A DNA stretch of 64,000 nucleotides, from positions 3,535-67,534 of the forward strand of contig DATMWA010000057.1 in the NCBI GenBank assembly GCA_035562755.1. The letters are read 5' to 3'. The stretch comes from Anaerolineales bacterium (GTDB taxonomy: Bacteria; Chloroflexota; Anaerolineae; Anaerolineales; Villigracilaceae). Below are positions 1 to 10,428 of this stretch, piece after piece. Position numbers and translations under genes: made by a program. How positions within the stretch are numbered: position 1 is the first letter of the stretch; each line of letters starts with the position of its first letter. A model generated the notes under the pieces. The model was not told the origin of the DNA and searched no databases. It was given only the letters and a program-made list of their open reading frames with translations.

Positions 1-670
1 AAGATGCGACCGCTCCCCAAAGGAAGAGCGGCGTCCATTTTTTCCAAGGGAGTAACGAAGCTCCAGCCCGGCGAAGGATGACTATGATGATCGCAACGGC
101 TATGATGGGCGCGAGAAAGCCTGTAAAGAGTTTGATTAACATGGAGAGCGGCAAGGCGAATGCCGAGAATGCCAACACTTGCCATCGATTGGACATTAAC
201 CAAAGGATGAAAAAGAGCACTGACAAGGACGCCAGGGCGATGGCAGGCAACCCGATCATGATCGCGATTGAGAGGTGCATGTACCACGGCAGGATGAAAA
301 AGAAGGGCAGGACAAGCAGGGATGCCCACGGGCGGGTGAGTACGGAAACAATCGCAGCAACGCTGAAAAGATTGATCGCGGAAAATAAGAGAACCAGTAC
401 CCGAGCGGCTACGGTGGAATTTTCGCTGAAACGCAATACCGCCGCCAGGAGCAGGGTAAACAAGGGAGGCTGGTCGCTTTGGATTTCCTCGTAAAGCAGA
501 TATCCCTGATTGTAAAGTGAGGAACGCTGCAGGTTAAAGCCCTCATCCACGCTCAGCTGAAATTTTTCTTCAAGCGGGTAGAGCAACAAGGCGCAAAGAA
601 AAAAGACCGCGGCGAGAAGGGCGGAGTAAAAGAGACTTCGCGGTATGGATGGTTGGTCCCGCTCCGCCAT
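1..670 (-). CDS. GT-C fold membrane glycosyltransferase (family 39 / ArnT-PMT-like), N-terminal part; gene runs off the left edge
   Basis: Absent from the ORF track because it has no stop in the window. The reverse complement from ATG 670-668 reads MAERDQPSIPRSLFYSALLAAVFFLCALLLYPLEEKFQLSVDEGFNLQRSSLYNQGYLLYEEIQSDQPPL; checked by hand to about position 460 and it appears open to position 1. It has hydrophobic helices and a first-loop DE motif. The + ORF 78..494 is its antisense shadow. Confidence 0.5.
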   Translation of the reverse strand, partial: MAERDQPSIPRSLFYSALLAAVFFLCALLLYPLEEKFQLSVDEGFNLQRSSLYNQGYLLYEEIQSDQPPLFTLLLAAVLRFSENSTVAARVLVLLFSAINLFSVAAIVSVLTRPWASLLVLPFFFILPWYMHLSIAIMIGLPAIALASLSVLFFILWLMSNRWQVLAFSAFALPLSMLIKLFTGFLAPIIAVAIIIVILRRAGASLLPWKKWTPLFLWGAVAS

Positions 671-679
671 GGCAGCCGC

Positions 680-1783
680 CTAAGCGATTACTTTAATCTC
701 GCGGGGCATATCGCTGAAACTCACCGCGCCCTGTTCAGTGATGTACATGTCATCTTCAATCCGCACTCCGTTTTTGCCAGCGATGTAGATACCTGGTTCG
801 ACGGTATAACAGTTTCCGGGTAATAGCGGCTGAAGGTTATCAGCGCGCATGTACGGGTCTTCGTGCACATCCAAACCGATGCCATGACCTGTACGGTGCG
901 TAAAGTATTTTCCATATCCAGCGGCCTCAATTACCTGACGAGCGGCTATATCCACCAATGAAGCTGGAGCACCGGGTTTGCCAGCGGCGCGTCCGGCGGC
1001 GTTGGCTTGATGAACAATGTCATGGATTTTGATGAATTCCGGATCTACATCACCGATCGCAAAGGTGCGGGTCAGATCACTGATGTAATTATCATGGCGA
1101 GCGCCCCAATCAAAGAGGAGCAGATCACCTGATTGAATTTTGCGATCCGAGGGTGAGGCATGTGGGTTGGCGCTGTTTGGACCAGAGCTGACGATTGGCC
1201 CGAAAGGTAAATTGGGGGGGCAGCCGGCACGCAGTAATTGAATTACCAATTCGGCGGCGACTTCCCTCTCGGTCATGCCTATCTTGACCAATGGAAGGGT
1301 GGCTTGGAGGGCGGTTTGAGCGATATTGGTGGCGATTTGAATCTTTTCCAATTCCGAGGCGTCTTTTTGGGCGCGCAGAGTGGCAATCAAGGCGGTAGCG
1401 TCGATGATCTTAGGGTCGCAGGCTTTTTGAATATAACCCAGTTCCAGAAGGCGCAAGGCGAGCGGTTCGGCGCCGATTCGTTTTCCTTTTAGCCCGAGTT
1501 TTGAAGCCGCTTCATCAAACGATGTTTGCCAGAGGGAAGGATCTTCATCATAGAGGATGGCATCTACTTCGTATTCCATCTCTGAAAGTTTTACCAACTC
1601 TAACTTCGGGATAACCAGGACCGGCTTTTTACCTGGCACGAAAAACGCCAGAGTCGGACGTTCCATAAGGTGAAAATCTAATCCGGTCAGGTAGGATAGT
1701 GAAGAGCCGGGATTGACCACAAGGGCATCCATTCCGGCGGATTCCATTTGCTTATACAGGCGTTCCACTCTATGAATCAACAT
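680..1783 (-). CDS. M24B family Xaa-Pro aminopeptidase/dipeptidase
   Basis: 367 aa with the metal-ligand motifs HRTGHGIGLDVHEDP, VEPGIY and IRIEDD, plus an N-terminal creatinase/prolidase-like domain. Confidence 0.85.
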   Translation of the reverse strand: MLIHRVERLYKQMESAGMDALVVNPGSSLSYLTGLDFHLMERPTLAFFVPGKKPVLVIPKLELVKLSEMEYEVDAILYDEDPSLWQTSFDEAASKLGLKGKRIGAEPLALRLLELGYIQKACDPKIIDATALIATLRAQKDASELEKIQIATNIAQTALQATLPLVKIGMTEREVAAELVIQLLRAGCPPNLPFGPIVSSGPNSANPHASPSDRKIQSGDLLLFDWGARHDNYISDLTRTFAIGDVDPEFIKIHDIVHQANAAGRAAGKPGAPASLVDIAARQVIEAAGYGKYFTHRTGHGIGLDVHEDPYMRADNLQPLLPGNCYTVEPGIYIAGKNGVRIEDDMYITEQGAVSFSDMPREIKVIA

Positions 1784-1787
1784 TGTT

Positions 1788-2606
1788 TTAGCCTTTCTTG
1801 GGATAAACCCGTTTGGTAAAAAAATTTATGATTACCTGATCGGTCAAGCGTGGCAGGAGCATCGAGACCCAACTCAGGAAATTGAAGTACCAGGGTAAAA
1901 CCATCACCTGGCGGGGATTTTTCGCCAGCCAGACTACTTTTTTAGCGACATATTCCGAAGTCATTGACCCAAGTCGATATTTCTCAGTACTGGCTTCTTG
2001 ATGATTCCAACCGGCGTGTTCCACAAATTCGGTAACCGCCGGGCCAGGATAGATGCCGCTTACCCGCACACCGAGATGGCGGACCTCCCGGCGAATGGCG
2101 TCAGTGAAGCCACGCAATCCAAATTTTGTGGCGGCGTAAACGCTGTAAGGGGTTGTGCCGATCCAGCCGGCTACACTGGACATGTTGATGATATGACCAT
2201 CTCCTCGGCTGATCATCCCAGGTAAAACCTGGCGGACGATTTCGATGGCGCTAATCAAATTCAGGTTGACCATCGGTATGATATCTTTTTCGAGTTCAAG
2301 ACTTTCTAAAAAATTAATCCTACCAAAGCCAGCATTGTTGAAAAGAATATCAATTCTGCCATGCTGACGGAGGATATTTTCGATGAGAGGCTGAATATTT
2401 CTTGGTTCGCTGATGTCCATCGGAAAAACCGAAGCGACTCCGCCCTGGGAACGTATCTTTTCGGCGATGGCGTTTAAACGATCTTCCCGGCGGGCGGTGA
2501 GGACAACGACAGCCCCTTCTCGCGCAAAAAGGTAGGCTGAATCTTCGCCGAATCCGGAGGAAGCGCCAGTGATGAGCACCACCTTGTTTTTGAGTTCCCT
2601 TGCCAT
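1788..2606 (-). CDS. SDR family oxidoreductase
   Basis: TGASSGFG Rossmann motif, NNAG, and the YAATK catalytic Y-x3-K. Its start abuts the lon stop. Confidence 0.85.
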   Translation of the reverse strand: MARELKNKVVLITGASSGFGEDSAYLFAREGAVVVLTARREDRLNAIAEKIRSQGGVASVFPMDISEPRNIQPLIENILRQHGRIDILFNNAGFGRINFLESLELEKDIIPMVNLNLISAIEIVRQVLPGMISRGDGHIINMSSVAGWIGTTPYSVYAATKFGLRGFTDAIRREVRHLGVRVSGIYPGPAVTEFVEHAGWNHQEASTEKYRLGSMTSEYVAKKVVWLAKNPRQVMVLPWYFNFLSWVSMLLPRLTDQVIINFFTKRVYPKKG

Positions 2607-5108
2607 TTATTCCTCAGTTGATTTCTTGGCATCCGGTTTACGTCGAGGGCGGGGAGGTTTTTGAACCTGCTCAGGATATAGAGCCAGCTTAATCACCTCG
2701 TCCATGTGCTCGACGGGGATGATTTTAATCTCGTCCTTGGCTTTCTGGGGTACATCCACCAGATCTTTGACATTCTTTTTGGGGATGATTACAAATTTTA
2801 AGCCAGCACGGTGGGCTGCCAGAATCTTTTCACGAACACCGCCGATCGGCAATACCCGGCCGCGTAAAGTAATTTCTCCGGTCATGCCAACTTCACGGTA
2901 AACCGGACGGCAGGTAAGGGCACTTAAAATGGCGCAAGCCAAAGTAATCCCGGCACTTGGGCCATCCTTGGGAATGGCACCTTCGGGAATATGGACGTGA
3001 ATATCCAACTGCTCAAAAATATCAGGCTCGATGCGGAATTCAGCTGCCCGGCTGCGAATGTAAGTAAGGGCGGCCTGGCCGCTCTCCTGCATCACATCCC
3101 CAATTTGGCCGGTCATTTGTAAATTTCCCTTGCCTTCAAGGATGGCGACTTCGATCGCCATGATTTCGCCGCCGTTTTCGGTCCAGGCCAATGAGGTGGA
3201 GACACCGATTTCGTCCTTCATCTCCGCTTCGCTGCGGAAGAATTGGACAGGTCCGAGGTGCTGTTCTACAATCTCGGGCGTGACTAACGTTGGCACCTTC
3301 CTCTTTTCCGCCTTGGCGCGAGCCAGTTTTCGAATGACTTTACCGATCTCCCGTTCAAGATTTCGAACGCCAGCTTCGTAGGTGTATTCGCGAATGATTT
3401 TTCCGACAGCTTCTGTCGAGAATTGAATGTTCTGATTCTCCATCCCATTTTCCTCCAATTGGCGGGGAATGAGATATTTGAAACTGATCTCGACTTTTTC
3501 TTCCTCAATGTAACCGGGGAATTCAATCACTTCCATTCGGTCCAGAAGGGCTTCGGGGATAGTCCCGAGGTTGTTGGCGGTAGTGATGAACATCACCCGC
3601 GAGAGATCATAAGGAATCTCGAGATAGTGATCAGAGAACGAGTAATTTTGTTCCGGGTCGAGTACCTCGAGGAGCGCGGAACTTGGGTCGCCGCGGAAAT
3701 CGCTGCCGAGCTTGTCAATCTCATCCAGCATGAAAAGCGGATTGTTTGTGCCAGCACGCTTCATGGTTTGCAATACACGCCCTGGCAAGGCGCCGATGTA
3801 GGTGCGGCGATGACCGCGAATTTCGGCTTCGTCGTGCACACCGCCGAGCGAAACCCGAACGAACTCTCGTCCGAGCGCTTCGGCAATTGATTTGCCAATC
3901 GAGGTTTTGCCTGTACCAGGCGCACCAACAAAGCACAAAATCGGTTGGCGTTCTTTTTTGGGTTTGAGTGAACGAACCGCGATATATTCAAGGATGCGGT
4001 CTTTGGCTTTGGTAAGCCCATAATGATCCCGATCGAGAAGTTTGGCGGCTTTTTTGACATCAAGACGATCTCTGGATGTATTCGACCAGGGGATATCCAA
4101 AATCCACTCGATATAGGTTCTGATGATACCGACCTCAGGCGCCATGGGCGGTAACTGACCAAGGCGTTCAATCTCCTTAAGCGCCACCTTTCGGGCTTCC
4201 TCCGGCAAGCGGGCTTTATCCACCCGGTCGCGCAAATCGGTGATATCGCGGGTGAAGAGATCTCCCTCACCGAGTTCGTTTTGGATCGCTTTGATCTGCT
4301 CACGCAGATAAAATTCCCGTTGTGAACGGTCTACCTCGTTTTGGACCTTATTGTGGATGTCCTCTTCAAGTTCAAGCACTTCAAGGCTTTCCTTGAGCAT
4401 CTTGTGGGCGAGTAACAAACGGGCATTTGATCCGCTCTGAACGAGCATTTCGGTACGGACAGAGTAAGGCGGGTTGACTGTCGCGCAGACCAGATCAGCA
4501 AGCCAGCCTGGCTCTTTGAGGTCCTTGGCAAACATGTAGGCTTCTTCTGGGACGGTTTGGCTTAATTCTACCCACCGTTCAATCTCTCGGGTAACTAACC
4601 GCATGAGGGTTTTTTCCGAGCTATTGAGTTTTGTGTTGGTTTCCTCAATTACGCGGACCTTGGCGGTGAATTGGCCTTCATCCATGAAATATTCCAGGAC
4701 TTCAAGTCTGCGGCGAGCCTGAGTAAGGCACGAGAAAGTACCATCTGAAAGTACAGCCAGCGGGCTGACCGCGACTTCGACCGCGAAATTAAGGAAATCC
4801 TTGGTATCCGGATTCTCGACGGTAGGATCATTCAGGCTTAGTCCGATCAGGGTTTCCTGATTGGAACTGGCTTCCTCAATCACCTCTTTCTGATAGTCGT
4901 TCTCAAGGAAAAGAGGAGAAACCATCTTTGGAAGGACGATCATATCGTACATGAGGAGGACTTTAGCGGTAAACTCGTTGTTTTCATCCGGGTGATGGGT
5001 TGGAACCAGATACAAAGCGTCAGCCCGTTCCGCGAAGTTGTTTTGAAACTCTTCGTAGGATTCGTAACGTTTTTTCTTTCGCTTTGGGGAGCTGTTATTG
5101 GTTGGCAT
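2607..5108 (-). CDS. lon: ATP-dependent Lon protease (endopeptidase La)
   Basis: 833 aa with Walker [10 protein letters not shown], Walker B MLDEIDK, the protease serine motif PKDGPSAG, and an N-terminal LON substrate-binding domain. Confidence 0.95.
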   Translation of the reverse strand: MPTNNSSPKRKKKRYESYEEFQNNFAERADALYLVPTHHPDENNEFTAKVLLMYDMIVLPKMVSPLFLENDYQKEVIEEASSNQETLIGLSLNDPTVENPDTKDFLNFAVEVAVSPLAVLSDGTFSCLTQARRRLEVLEYFMDEGQFTAKVRVIEETNTKLNSSEKTLMRLVTREIERWVELSQTVPEEAYMFAKDLKEPGWLADLVCATVNPPYSVRTEMLVQSGSNARLLLAHKMLKESLEVLELEEDIHNKVQNEVDRSQREFYLREQIKAIQNELGEGDLFTRDITDLRDRVDKARLPEEARKVALKEIERLGQLPPMAPEVGIIRTYIEWILDIPWSNTSRDRLDVKKAAKLLDRDHYGLTKAKDRILEYIAVRSLKPKKERQPILCFVGAPGTGKTSIGKSIAEALGREFVRVSLGGVHDEAEIRGHRRTYIGALPGRVLQTMKRAGTNNPLFMLDEIDKLGSDFRGDPSSALLEVLDPEQNYSFSDHYLEIPYDLSRVMFITTANNLGTIPEALLDRMEVIEFPGYIEEEKVEISFKYLIPRQLEENGMENQNIQFSTEAVGKIIREYTYEAGVRNLEREIGKVIRKLARAKAEKRKVPTLVTPEIVEQHLGPVQFFRSEAEMKDEIGVSTSLAWTENGGEIMAIEVAILEGKGNLQMTGQIGDVMQESGQAALTYIRSRAAEFRIEPDIFEQLDIHVHIPEGAIPKDGPSAGITLACAILSALTCRPVYREVGMTGEITLRGRVLPIGGVREKILAAHRAGLKFVIIPKKNVKDLVDVPQKAKDEIKIIPVEHMDEVIKLALYPEQVQKPPRPRRKPDAKKSTEE

Positions 5109-6429
5109 TTTTTCTACTTTCTAACCAGAATCTTTTAGCTTCCGCGGTGACGAACATCGAACCAGCGGAAATTACAATGTTACCATTCTTTGCGCCTAAT
5201 TCAAGCGCGGCGGGCAGAGCTTGATCAACGGTTGGAAAGCTTAGTATCGAAAAACTTTGTCTGCCGAGTTTCATCGCAATCTCATCCACGGATAAGGCGC
5301 GAGGGTGGTCGGCCCGGGTGATGATTAACGTCTGAATCAGGTCAGAGAGTTGCGCGATCATCTCCACCAGGTGCTTGTCCTCGGAGACACCAAGAATGAG
5401 GACGATTTTTTTACCCGGCAAATAGGCGCGGATTGTTTCCGCCAGGCGAGAGAAGGCATCCTCGTTATGAGCGCTGTCAAAAATTAACATCGGATCACTT
5501 TGAGCGATTTCAAAACGACATTGCCAATCGACCTTGGAAAACCCTGAGGCTATCTGGGAGGTATCCGTCAAGCCTGCGCAAAGCAGGGTGGCAAAGGCTG
5601 TGAGTGCGTTTTCAACCTGATGTTCGCCAAGCAAAGGAAGATGGATTTCCTGTTGGATACTCTGGTTTGTAAATTTTCCTTGAACCATAAAACTTTGACC
5701 GTCTAATCCGGATTTGAGCGGGATCGCGGTTAGAATTTTTGGGACAAAATAAGCCTGACTGCCAGACATTTCGGCGAGCTTAAGCAAGATGTTCAGGGAC
5801 TCTGATTTTTGAGGTCCGATGACAACCGGTTTTCCTGTTTTGATAATACCGCCTTTTTCGGTGGCGATTTGTGTCAGGGTATTCCCAAGAACGGCGGTAT
5901 GGTCGTAGGAAACAGTGGTGATAACCGATACCTGAGGGTGAACAATGTTGGTGGCATCCAACCTGCCGCCCAAACCCACTTCTACCACCGCCCAATCTAC
6001 GGCCTGATCAGCAAAGTAAAGAAAACCGAGGGCAGTGGTGATCTCAAAAGTAGTGATCCGGGGAACCTGATCGAGTAGTGGCCGAACGCGATCGACAAGA
6101 CTTACCAAATCCCGCTTGCTGATTGGTTGATCATCAACTTGAATTCTTTCTGTGTATTCAAGAAGATGAGGTGAAGTGTACAAACCCACCTTGAAGCCAG
6201 CCGCTCGCAATCCAGAAGCACACATGGCGGCGGTTGAGCCTTTGCCCTTTGTGCCGGTGATGTGAATGACTTTGTATCGATCCTGCGGGTCGCCGAGCAG
6301 GCGCATAAGGTCTCGCATCCGGTCAAGGTTGAATTCGGCTTTGGCGAGTTCTGAGGAATGTTTTAAACTATAATCGACGTAACTATAAAGTAAGTCGAGA
6401 GCGGATTGATATTGTTCTTCGATTGACAT
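5095..6429 (-). CDS. folC: Bifunctional folylpolyglutamate synthase / dihydrofolate synthase
   Basis: Mur-ligase P-loop [11 protein letters not shown] and overall FolC-like layout. Overlaps the lon start by 14 nt. Confidence 0.9.
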   Translation of the reverse strand: MSIEEQYQSALDLLYSYVDYSLKHSSELAKAEFNLDRMRDLMRLLGDPQDRYKVIHITGTKGKGSTAAMCASGLRAAGFKVGLYTSPHLLEYTERIQVDDQPISKRDLVSLVDRVRPLLDQVPRITTFEITTALGFLYFADQAVDWAVVEVGLGGRLDATNIVHPQVSVITTVSYDHTAVLGNTLTQIATEKGGIIKTGKPVVIGPQKSESLNILLKLAEMSGSQAYFVPKILTAIPLKSGLDGQSFMVQGKFTNQSIQQEIHLPLLGEHQVENALTAFATLLCAGLTDTSQIASGFSKVDWQCRFEIAQSDPMLIFDSAHNEDAFSRLAETIRAYLPGKKIVLILGVSEDKHLVEMIAQLSDLIQTLIITRADHPRALSVDEIAMKLGRQSFSILSFPTVDQALPAALELGAKNGNIVISAGSMFVTAEAKRFWLESRKNANQ

Positions 6430-6445
6430 AGTAAAATTTTAATTC

Positions 6446-6760
6446 ATGTTGGCTAATTTGCACCCAACCAAGATTCGGATCGTGAAGATTGTTTTCAAGG
6501 CTCACCTGTCCGGAATCACTTCTCTCAAGGAGAAGCGCTCTCGATTGGCGCCAGTCTGGGCTGGTTTAAGAGCAAATCACTTCTGTGCCGTGGAGGAAAG
6601 CGGTGATCGGGATGTTTCCTCCCGGTTGGAGATGACAATTGTGGTATTGGCTGAGGATGCCGATACCGCCCGTTCACGCGCGGACAACCTGATTGACTGG
6701 CTGGAAGGCAAATTCCGATCAGAAGAATGGTCGGATCATCAACTGGAATGGCTGGAATAA
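6446..6760 (+). CDS. DUF503 (YlxP-like) protein
   Basis: About 100 aa with the family hallmark ...HLSGITSLKEKRS.... The start codon is uncertain: the ATG at 6446 lies only 16 nt from the divergent folC start. Confidence 0.7.
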   Translation: MLANLHPTKIRIVKIVFKAHLSGITSLKEKRSRLAPVWAGLRANHFCAVEESGDRDVSSRLEMTIVVLAEDADTARSRADNLIDWLEGKFRSEEWSDHQLEWLE

Positions 6761-6770
6761 AGGAGGAAAG

Positions 6771-7562
6771 ATGGATCTCGGATTAAAAGGCACGATCGCG
6801 ATCGTAGCCGGCTCCTCCCGCGGATTGGGGTACGCGGTCGCACGTACTTTGAGTGAGGAAGGCGCCAGCCTTGTGATTAATGGCCGGGAAAGCGACGGAA
6901 TAATCCAAACCGCGCGAGAATTAACGGAACTCACCGGACATCCAGTTTTTGGGATTGGCGCAAACGTTGCCACACCGCAGGGCTGTCAAAGCCTGGTGGA
7001 CGGAGCGATTGAACATTTCGGCGGCTTGGATATTCTGATAACCAACGCGGGCGGACCACCGGCTGGGACACTTGAAAACCTGAGCGAAGAACAATGGTTC
7101 AAGGCTTTTGAATTGACCTTCATGAGCAATGTAAGGCTGATTAAAGCTGCCTTGCCCGCACTGAGAAAGTCGAAGGTACCCAGCGTGGTAACCATTACCA
7201 GCCTTTCGGTAAAACAACCGATCAAAAATTTGCTTCTTTCAAATTCTCTGCGGGCAGGAGTGCTGGGGTTGACCAAGTCCCTCGCGCTTGAACTCGGCGA
7301 GGAAGGAATTCGTTTCAACTGTCTGCTTCCGGGTTGGACACTGACCGAGAGGGTTGGCGAACTGATGTTGGGCAGGGCAAATGCCAACGGAACAAGTATT
7401 GAGGAAGAAACCTTGAAACAGGCCGCCGAAAGTCCTTTTAAGCGCATGGCGAGCCCTGAGGAATTTGCCAGCGCGGCAGTTTTTTTGGCTTCACCACGGG
7501 CCGCTTATATCACCGGAATTAACCTTTCGGTGGATGGCGGTATGATAAAAAGCACATTTTAG
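6771..7562 (+). CDS. SDR family oxidoreductase (3-oxoacyl-ACP reductase-like)
   Basis: Taken from the internal ATG at 6771, preceded by AAGGAGG. Contains AGSSRGLGYA, NAGG, and an SDR C-terminus (ITGINLSVDGG). The upstream part of ORF 6693.. overlaps the DUF503 gene. Confidence 0.85.
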   Translation: MDLGLKGTIAIVAGSSRGLGYAVARTLSEEGASLVINGRESDGIIQTARELTELTGHPVFGIGANVATPQGCQSLVDGAIEHFGGLDILITNAGGPPAGTLENLSEEQWFKAFELTFMSNVRLIKAALPALRKSKVPSVVTITSLSVKQPIKNLLLSNSLRAGVLGLTKSLALELGEEGIRFNCLLPGWTLTERVGELMLGRANANGTSIEEETLKQAAESPFKRMASPEEFASAAVFLASPRAAYITGINLSVDGGMIKSTF

Positions 7563-7571
7563 GAGAATGTT

Positions 7572-7751
7572 ATGAACGAATGTTTAAATTGTGGAAGAGA
7601 TTCCCAACAAGTACCCCTTATCCGGCTGGAATATAAGGAAGGCGAATATTTGATTTGCCCAACCTGTCTGCCTACGTTGATTCACAAACCTCAAAATTTG
7701 GAAGGTAAGCTACCCCAGGCGGATAGCATGGAACCTGGTCCAACCGACTGA
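7572..7751 (+). CDS. Small (59 aa) zinc-ribbon-like protein
   Basis: Below the ORF-track size cut-off. The ATG is preceded by AGGAGA. Reads MNECLNCGRDSQQVPLIRLEYKEGEYLICPTCLPTL... with two CxxC pairs, and exactly fills the gap between the SDR gene and murJ. Confidence 0.5.
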   Translation: MNECLNCGRDSQQVPLIRLEYKEGEYLICPTCLPTLIHKPQNLEGKLPQADSMEPGPTD

Positions 7752-7758
7752 CAAAGGA

Positions 7759-9303
7759 ATGAAGCGACTCTCCAGCGTTACCCGGGCGACAATCCTGTTG
7801 GCGGTGTTCTTCCTCGTAGATAAGGTTTTCGCTTTCGTGCGGTCGGTGATTATCGCCCGCCAATTTGATCTTTCCACGGATTTGGACGCTTTCAATATCG
7901 CCAACAACCTGCCCGATCTGCTTTTCGCGATGATCTCTGGCGGCGCGATCGCCATGGCTTTCATTCCAGTTTTGAGCGAAACGCTCACCCGGGATGGGAA
8001 GCCCGAGGCTTGGAAACTCTTCTCAAGAGTCGCGAATTTCGCCTTCCTGGCGACCAGTTTGTTCGCCCTGGTGATTGCTCTTTTCAGTGAGGAAATCACC
8101 AGAAGCCAAATAGGGATCGCACCAGGGTTTGACGAAACCCAACAGGCATTGGTTGCCCGATTGATGCGCCTGAATCTAATTGGTACGGTCTTGTTTTCGA
8201 TCAGCGGTTTGGTGATGGCTGGCTTGCAAGCCAATAAGCATTTCTTTTTGCCTGCGCTTGCGCCGAGTATGTATAACATCGGCATGATTATCGGAGCGCT
8301 GATTTTTGCTCCGGACCAAGGTTACGTGATCGGCGGTTTTAGATTACCCGCCTTCGGGTTTGGGGTTGAGGGTCTTGTGTATGGCGTCATTCTGGGAGCA
8401 GCGATGCATTTATTGATCCAAGTGCCTGGGTTGGCGCGGCATCAATTTACCTGGACCGCTTCGATCGATATTCGAGACGAGAGTCTGCTGAGAGCGCTTC
8501 GCTTGATAAGCCCGCGCCTGCTAACCATGTTAGGGATTCAATCAATTTTTATCATGCGAGATAATTTCGCCTCGAGGATGGAACAGGTGGGTGTGGTATC
8601 TTCCTTAACCTATGGCTGGATGATTATGCAGGTCCCTGAAACCATCATAGGGACAGCGATCGCAACCGCATTGTTACCCAGCTTGGCGGAGTACGCGGCT
8701 CAAAAGGACTGGCAACGCTTCTCGGCCAGCCTGTCGCGGGCATTGCAAATCATGACCGCACTTTCTTTACCGCTCATTGCGGTTTTGGGTTTGTTTATTG
8801 AGCCTCTGGTAAAAATTGTTTTTGATTTCGACGCGGCCGGAACCAACCAACTGACGTGGACAACCCGAATTTATATGTTCACCCTGATTGGTTATACTAC
8901 CCAGGAAACTTTGGTGCGCGGCTTTTACGCGCGGTTGAAGGCTTGGGAGCCGGTGAAGGGCATTCTCCTCCGGATCGTTATTTATATCGGGTTGGTTTGG
9001 TTGGGGTTTTCAATTCGTCCGGATTTAGGTGCGCCGGTGATCGCGGCGGGAGAATTGGCGGTGATCGCTGAAGCGCTCTTTCTTTATTGGCGCTTACAAA
9101 AATCTGGGGAGGTGCAATTGCGGATGGACTCCGCGATTTGGCGAGGGTTGCTTGCCTTCGCGGCATCCTTTCTGACGGGTATCGCTGTCCAGGCAAAATT
9201 AGGAGCGGACAACCTGGTAGGCGCGCTGATTGGGATGAGCGTAGCTGGATTTGTAGCGCTGGTTCTGGTTTGGAAACCACTCCGACAGCTGCTTGAACTT
9301 TAA
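7759..9303 (+). CDS. murJ: Lipid II flippase MurJ (MviN family)
   Basis: 514-aa polytopic protein. N-terminus ...FFLVDKVFAFVRSVIIARQFDLSTDLDAFNIANNLPDLLFAMISGGAI... is a typical MurJ signature. Confidence 0.9.
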   Translation: MKRLSSVTRATILLAVFFLVDKVFAFVRSVIIARQFDLSTDLDAFNIANNLPDLLFAMISGGAIAMAFIPVLSETLTRDGKPEAWKLFSRVANFAFLATSLFALVIALFSEEITRSQIGIAPGFDETQQALVARLMRLNLIGTVLFSISGLVMAGLQANKHFFLPALAPSMYNIGMIIGALIFAPDQGYVIGGFRLPAFGFGVEGLVYGVILGAAMHLLIQVPGLARHQFTWTASIDIRDESLLRALRLISPRLLTMLGIQSIFIMRDNFASRMEQVGVVSSLTYGWMIMQVPETIIGTAIATALLPSLAEYAAQKDWQRFSASLSRALQIMTALSLPLIAVLGLFIEPLVKIVFDFDAAGTNQLTWTTRIYMFTLIGYTTQETLVRGFYARLKAWEPVKGILLRIVIYIGLVWLGFSIRPDLGAPVIAAGELAVIAEALFLYWRLQKSGEVQLRMDSAIWRGLLAFAASFLTGIAVQAKLGADNLVGALIGMSVAGFVALVLVWKPLRQLLEL

Positions 9304-9359
9304 ACAACTCCTGGTAGGGTATAATTGCGGCTTGAAAGACCAGAAAGCTTAAAGGAAAA

Positions 9360-10391
9360 ATGGAAGAAACACAACAAACACCAACCGAATCACGATTTAA
9401 GATCGAGCGCCCCAAAAAACGCGGCACGATCTTGCTTGTCATTGCCATATTAGTCATCTCCCTGATCGCCGGAACCGCGGCAGGTTATGGAGAGGGAGTC
9501 GCAGAAAGGCTCTCGGCCGAAGAAACCCAGATCCACGATCAATTAGCGGATCAATACCGACTGGTTGAAGAAGACATCGCCGCGGGAAGATATGACGCCG
9601 CCCGCCAACGGCTTGAATTTATCATCTCGCATAACGGGGATTTCCCTGGAGCCGGGGACAGACTCGCTGAAGTACTGGTACAGATGGCGATTACGCCAAG
9701 CCCCGTTCCGACCCTTACACCGACCCTTACGCCGACGCCAGACTTGCGCGATCAGCAAACCATCCTGGCGCAGGCTGAACAACAATTTGCCGTTCAGGAT
9801 TGGACCGGATTGATGCAATCGCTGGACTCTTTGCGAAAGAAAGATCCCACCTACATGGCGGCCAAAATCGATTCGATGTACTACACCGCCTTACGGGAAA
9901 GAGGCATCAATCAGATTCTTGGCATTAATGGTTATGATGTTACCAACCTCGAAGGCGGGATTTACGATCTTGGCATGGCGGATAATTTTGGACCGCTAGA
10001 TGGATATGCCGAAGGTTTGAAAAATTTCGCGGCCGCATATATCAATGCCGCCGCCAACTGGGATGTTGATTGGGCTACCGCGGTGGATTTGTTCCGCCAG
10101 GTGGCCGCGGCTGTACCGAACCTGCGAGACGCCTCCAATGTGACCGCGTCCCAGCGACTGTACCAGGCGCTGCTCGCCTGGGGGGATGAGCTGGTTTTAT
10201 CGAGCGATCGCAAGCTGCGCTGCCAGGGATACAGTGTTTGGCAGGAAGCCAAAGCCATGGCGGGTTTGGATGCTGAATATACCGAAAAATTCAAGGTAAT
10301 CAAGGAAGAATGTGACCCCAAACCAACAAAAACTCCATTGCCTGAAGTACCCGGCAGCGAGACACCGCCTGAAATTCCTCCTACTCCATAA
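9360..10391 (+). CDS. Hypothetical membrane-anchored protein with PT-rich linker and helical-repeat ectodomain
   Basis: One N-terminal TM helix (ILLVIAILVISLIAGTAAG), a TPSPVPTLTPTLTPTP linker, a helical domain and a P/T-rich C-terminus. No family recognised. Confidence 0.6.
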   Translation: MEETQQTPTESRFKIERPKKRGTILLVIAILVISLIAGTAAGYGEGVAERLSAEETQIHDQLADQYRLVEEDIAAGRYDAARQRLEFIISHNGDFPGAGDRLAEVLVQMAITPSPVPTLTPTLTPTPDLRDQQTILAQAEQQFAVQDWTGLMQSLDSLRKKDPTYMAAKIDSMYYTALRERGINQILGINGYDVTNLEGGIYDLGMADNFGPLDGYAEGLKNFAAAYINAAANWDVDWATAVDLFRQVAAAVPNLRDASNVTASQRLYQALLAWGDELVLSSDRKLRCQGYSVWQEAKAMAGLDAEYTEKFKVIKEECDPKPTKTPLPEVPGSETPPEIPPTP

Positions 10392-10396
10392 TTAAC

Positions 10397-10428
10397 AAAA
10401 AAGCCGCGCAAGCGGCTTTTGTTTTTTT
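10397..10428. terminator. Bidirectional intrinsic terminator between convergent genes
   Basis: AAAAAA-GCCGC-GCAA-GCGGC-TTTTGTTTTTTT: a GC stem flanked by an A-run and a T-run. Confidence 0.75.

Noticed and set aside
78-494. 138-aa + strand ORF at the left edge
   Set aside because: It lies antisense to a continuous minus-strand frame (1..670) that encodes a plausible multi-helix GT-C-like membrane protein with a proper start. The + frame has an odd Met/Arg/Lys-rich composition and no RBS.
3761-4303. 180-aa ORF, plus several 60 to 155-aa ORFs on both strands inside lon
   Set aside because: They are overlapping shadows of a very well supported Lon protease frame. The Arg/Ser-rich composition is typical of off-frame translation.
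6430-6445. Only 16 nt between the divergent folC and DUF503 start codons
   Set aside because: This is most likely a start-codon assignment issue, since DUF503 may start further downstream, rather than a biological oddity.
7710-9457. Antisense ORFs 7710..8285 (191 aa) and 8978..9457 (159 aa) over murJ
   Set aside because: They are shadows of the MurJ frame. The second would also cross the murJ to downstream intergenic region without any start signals.
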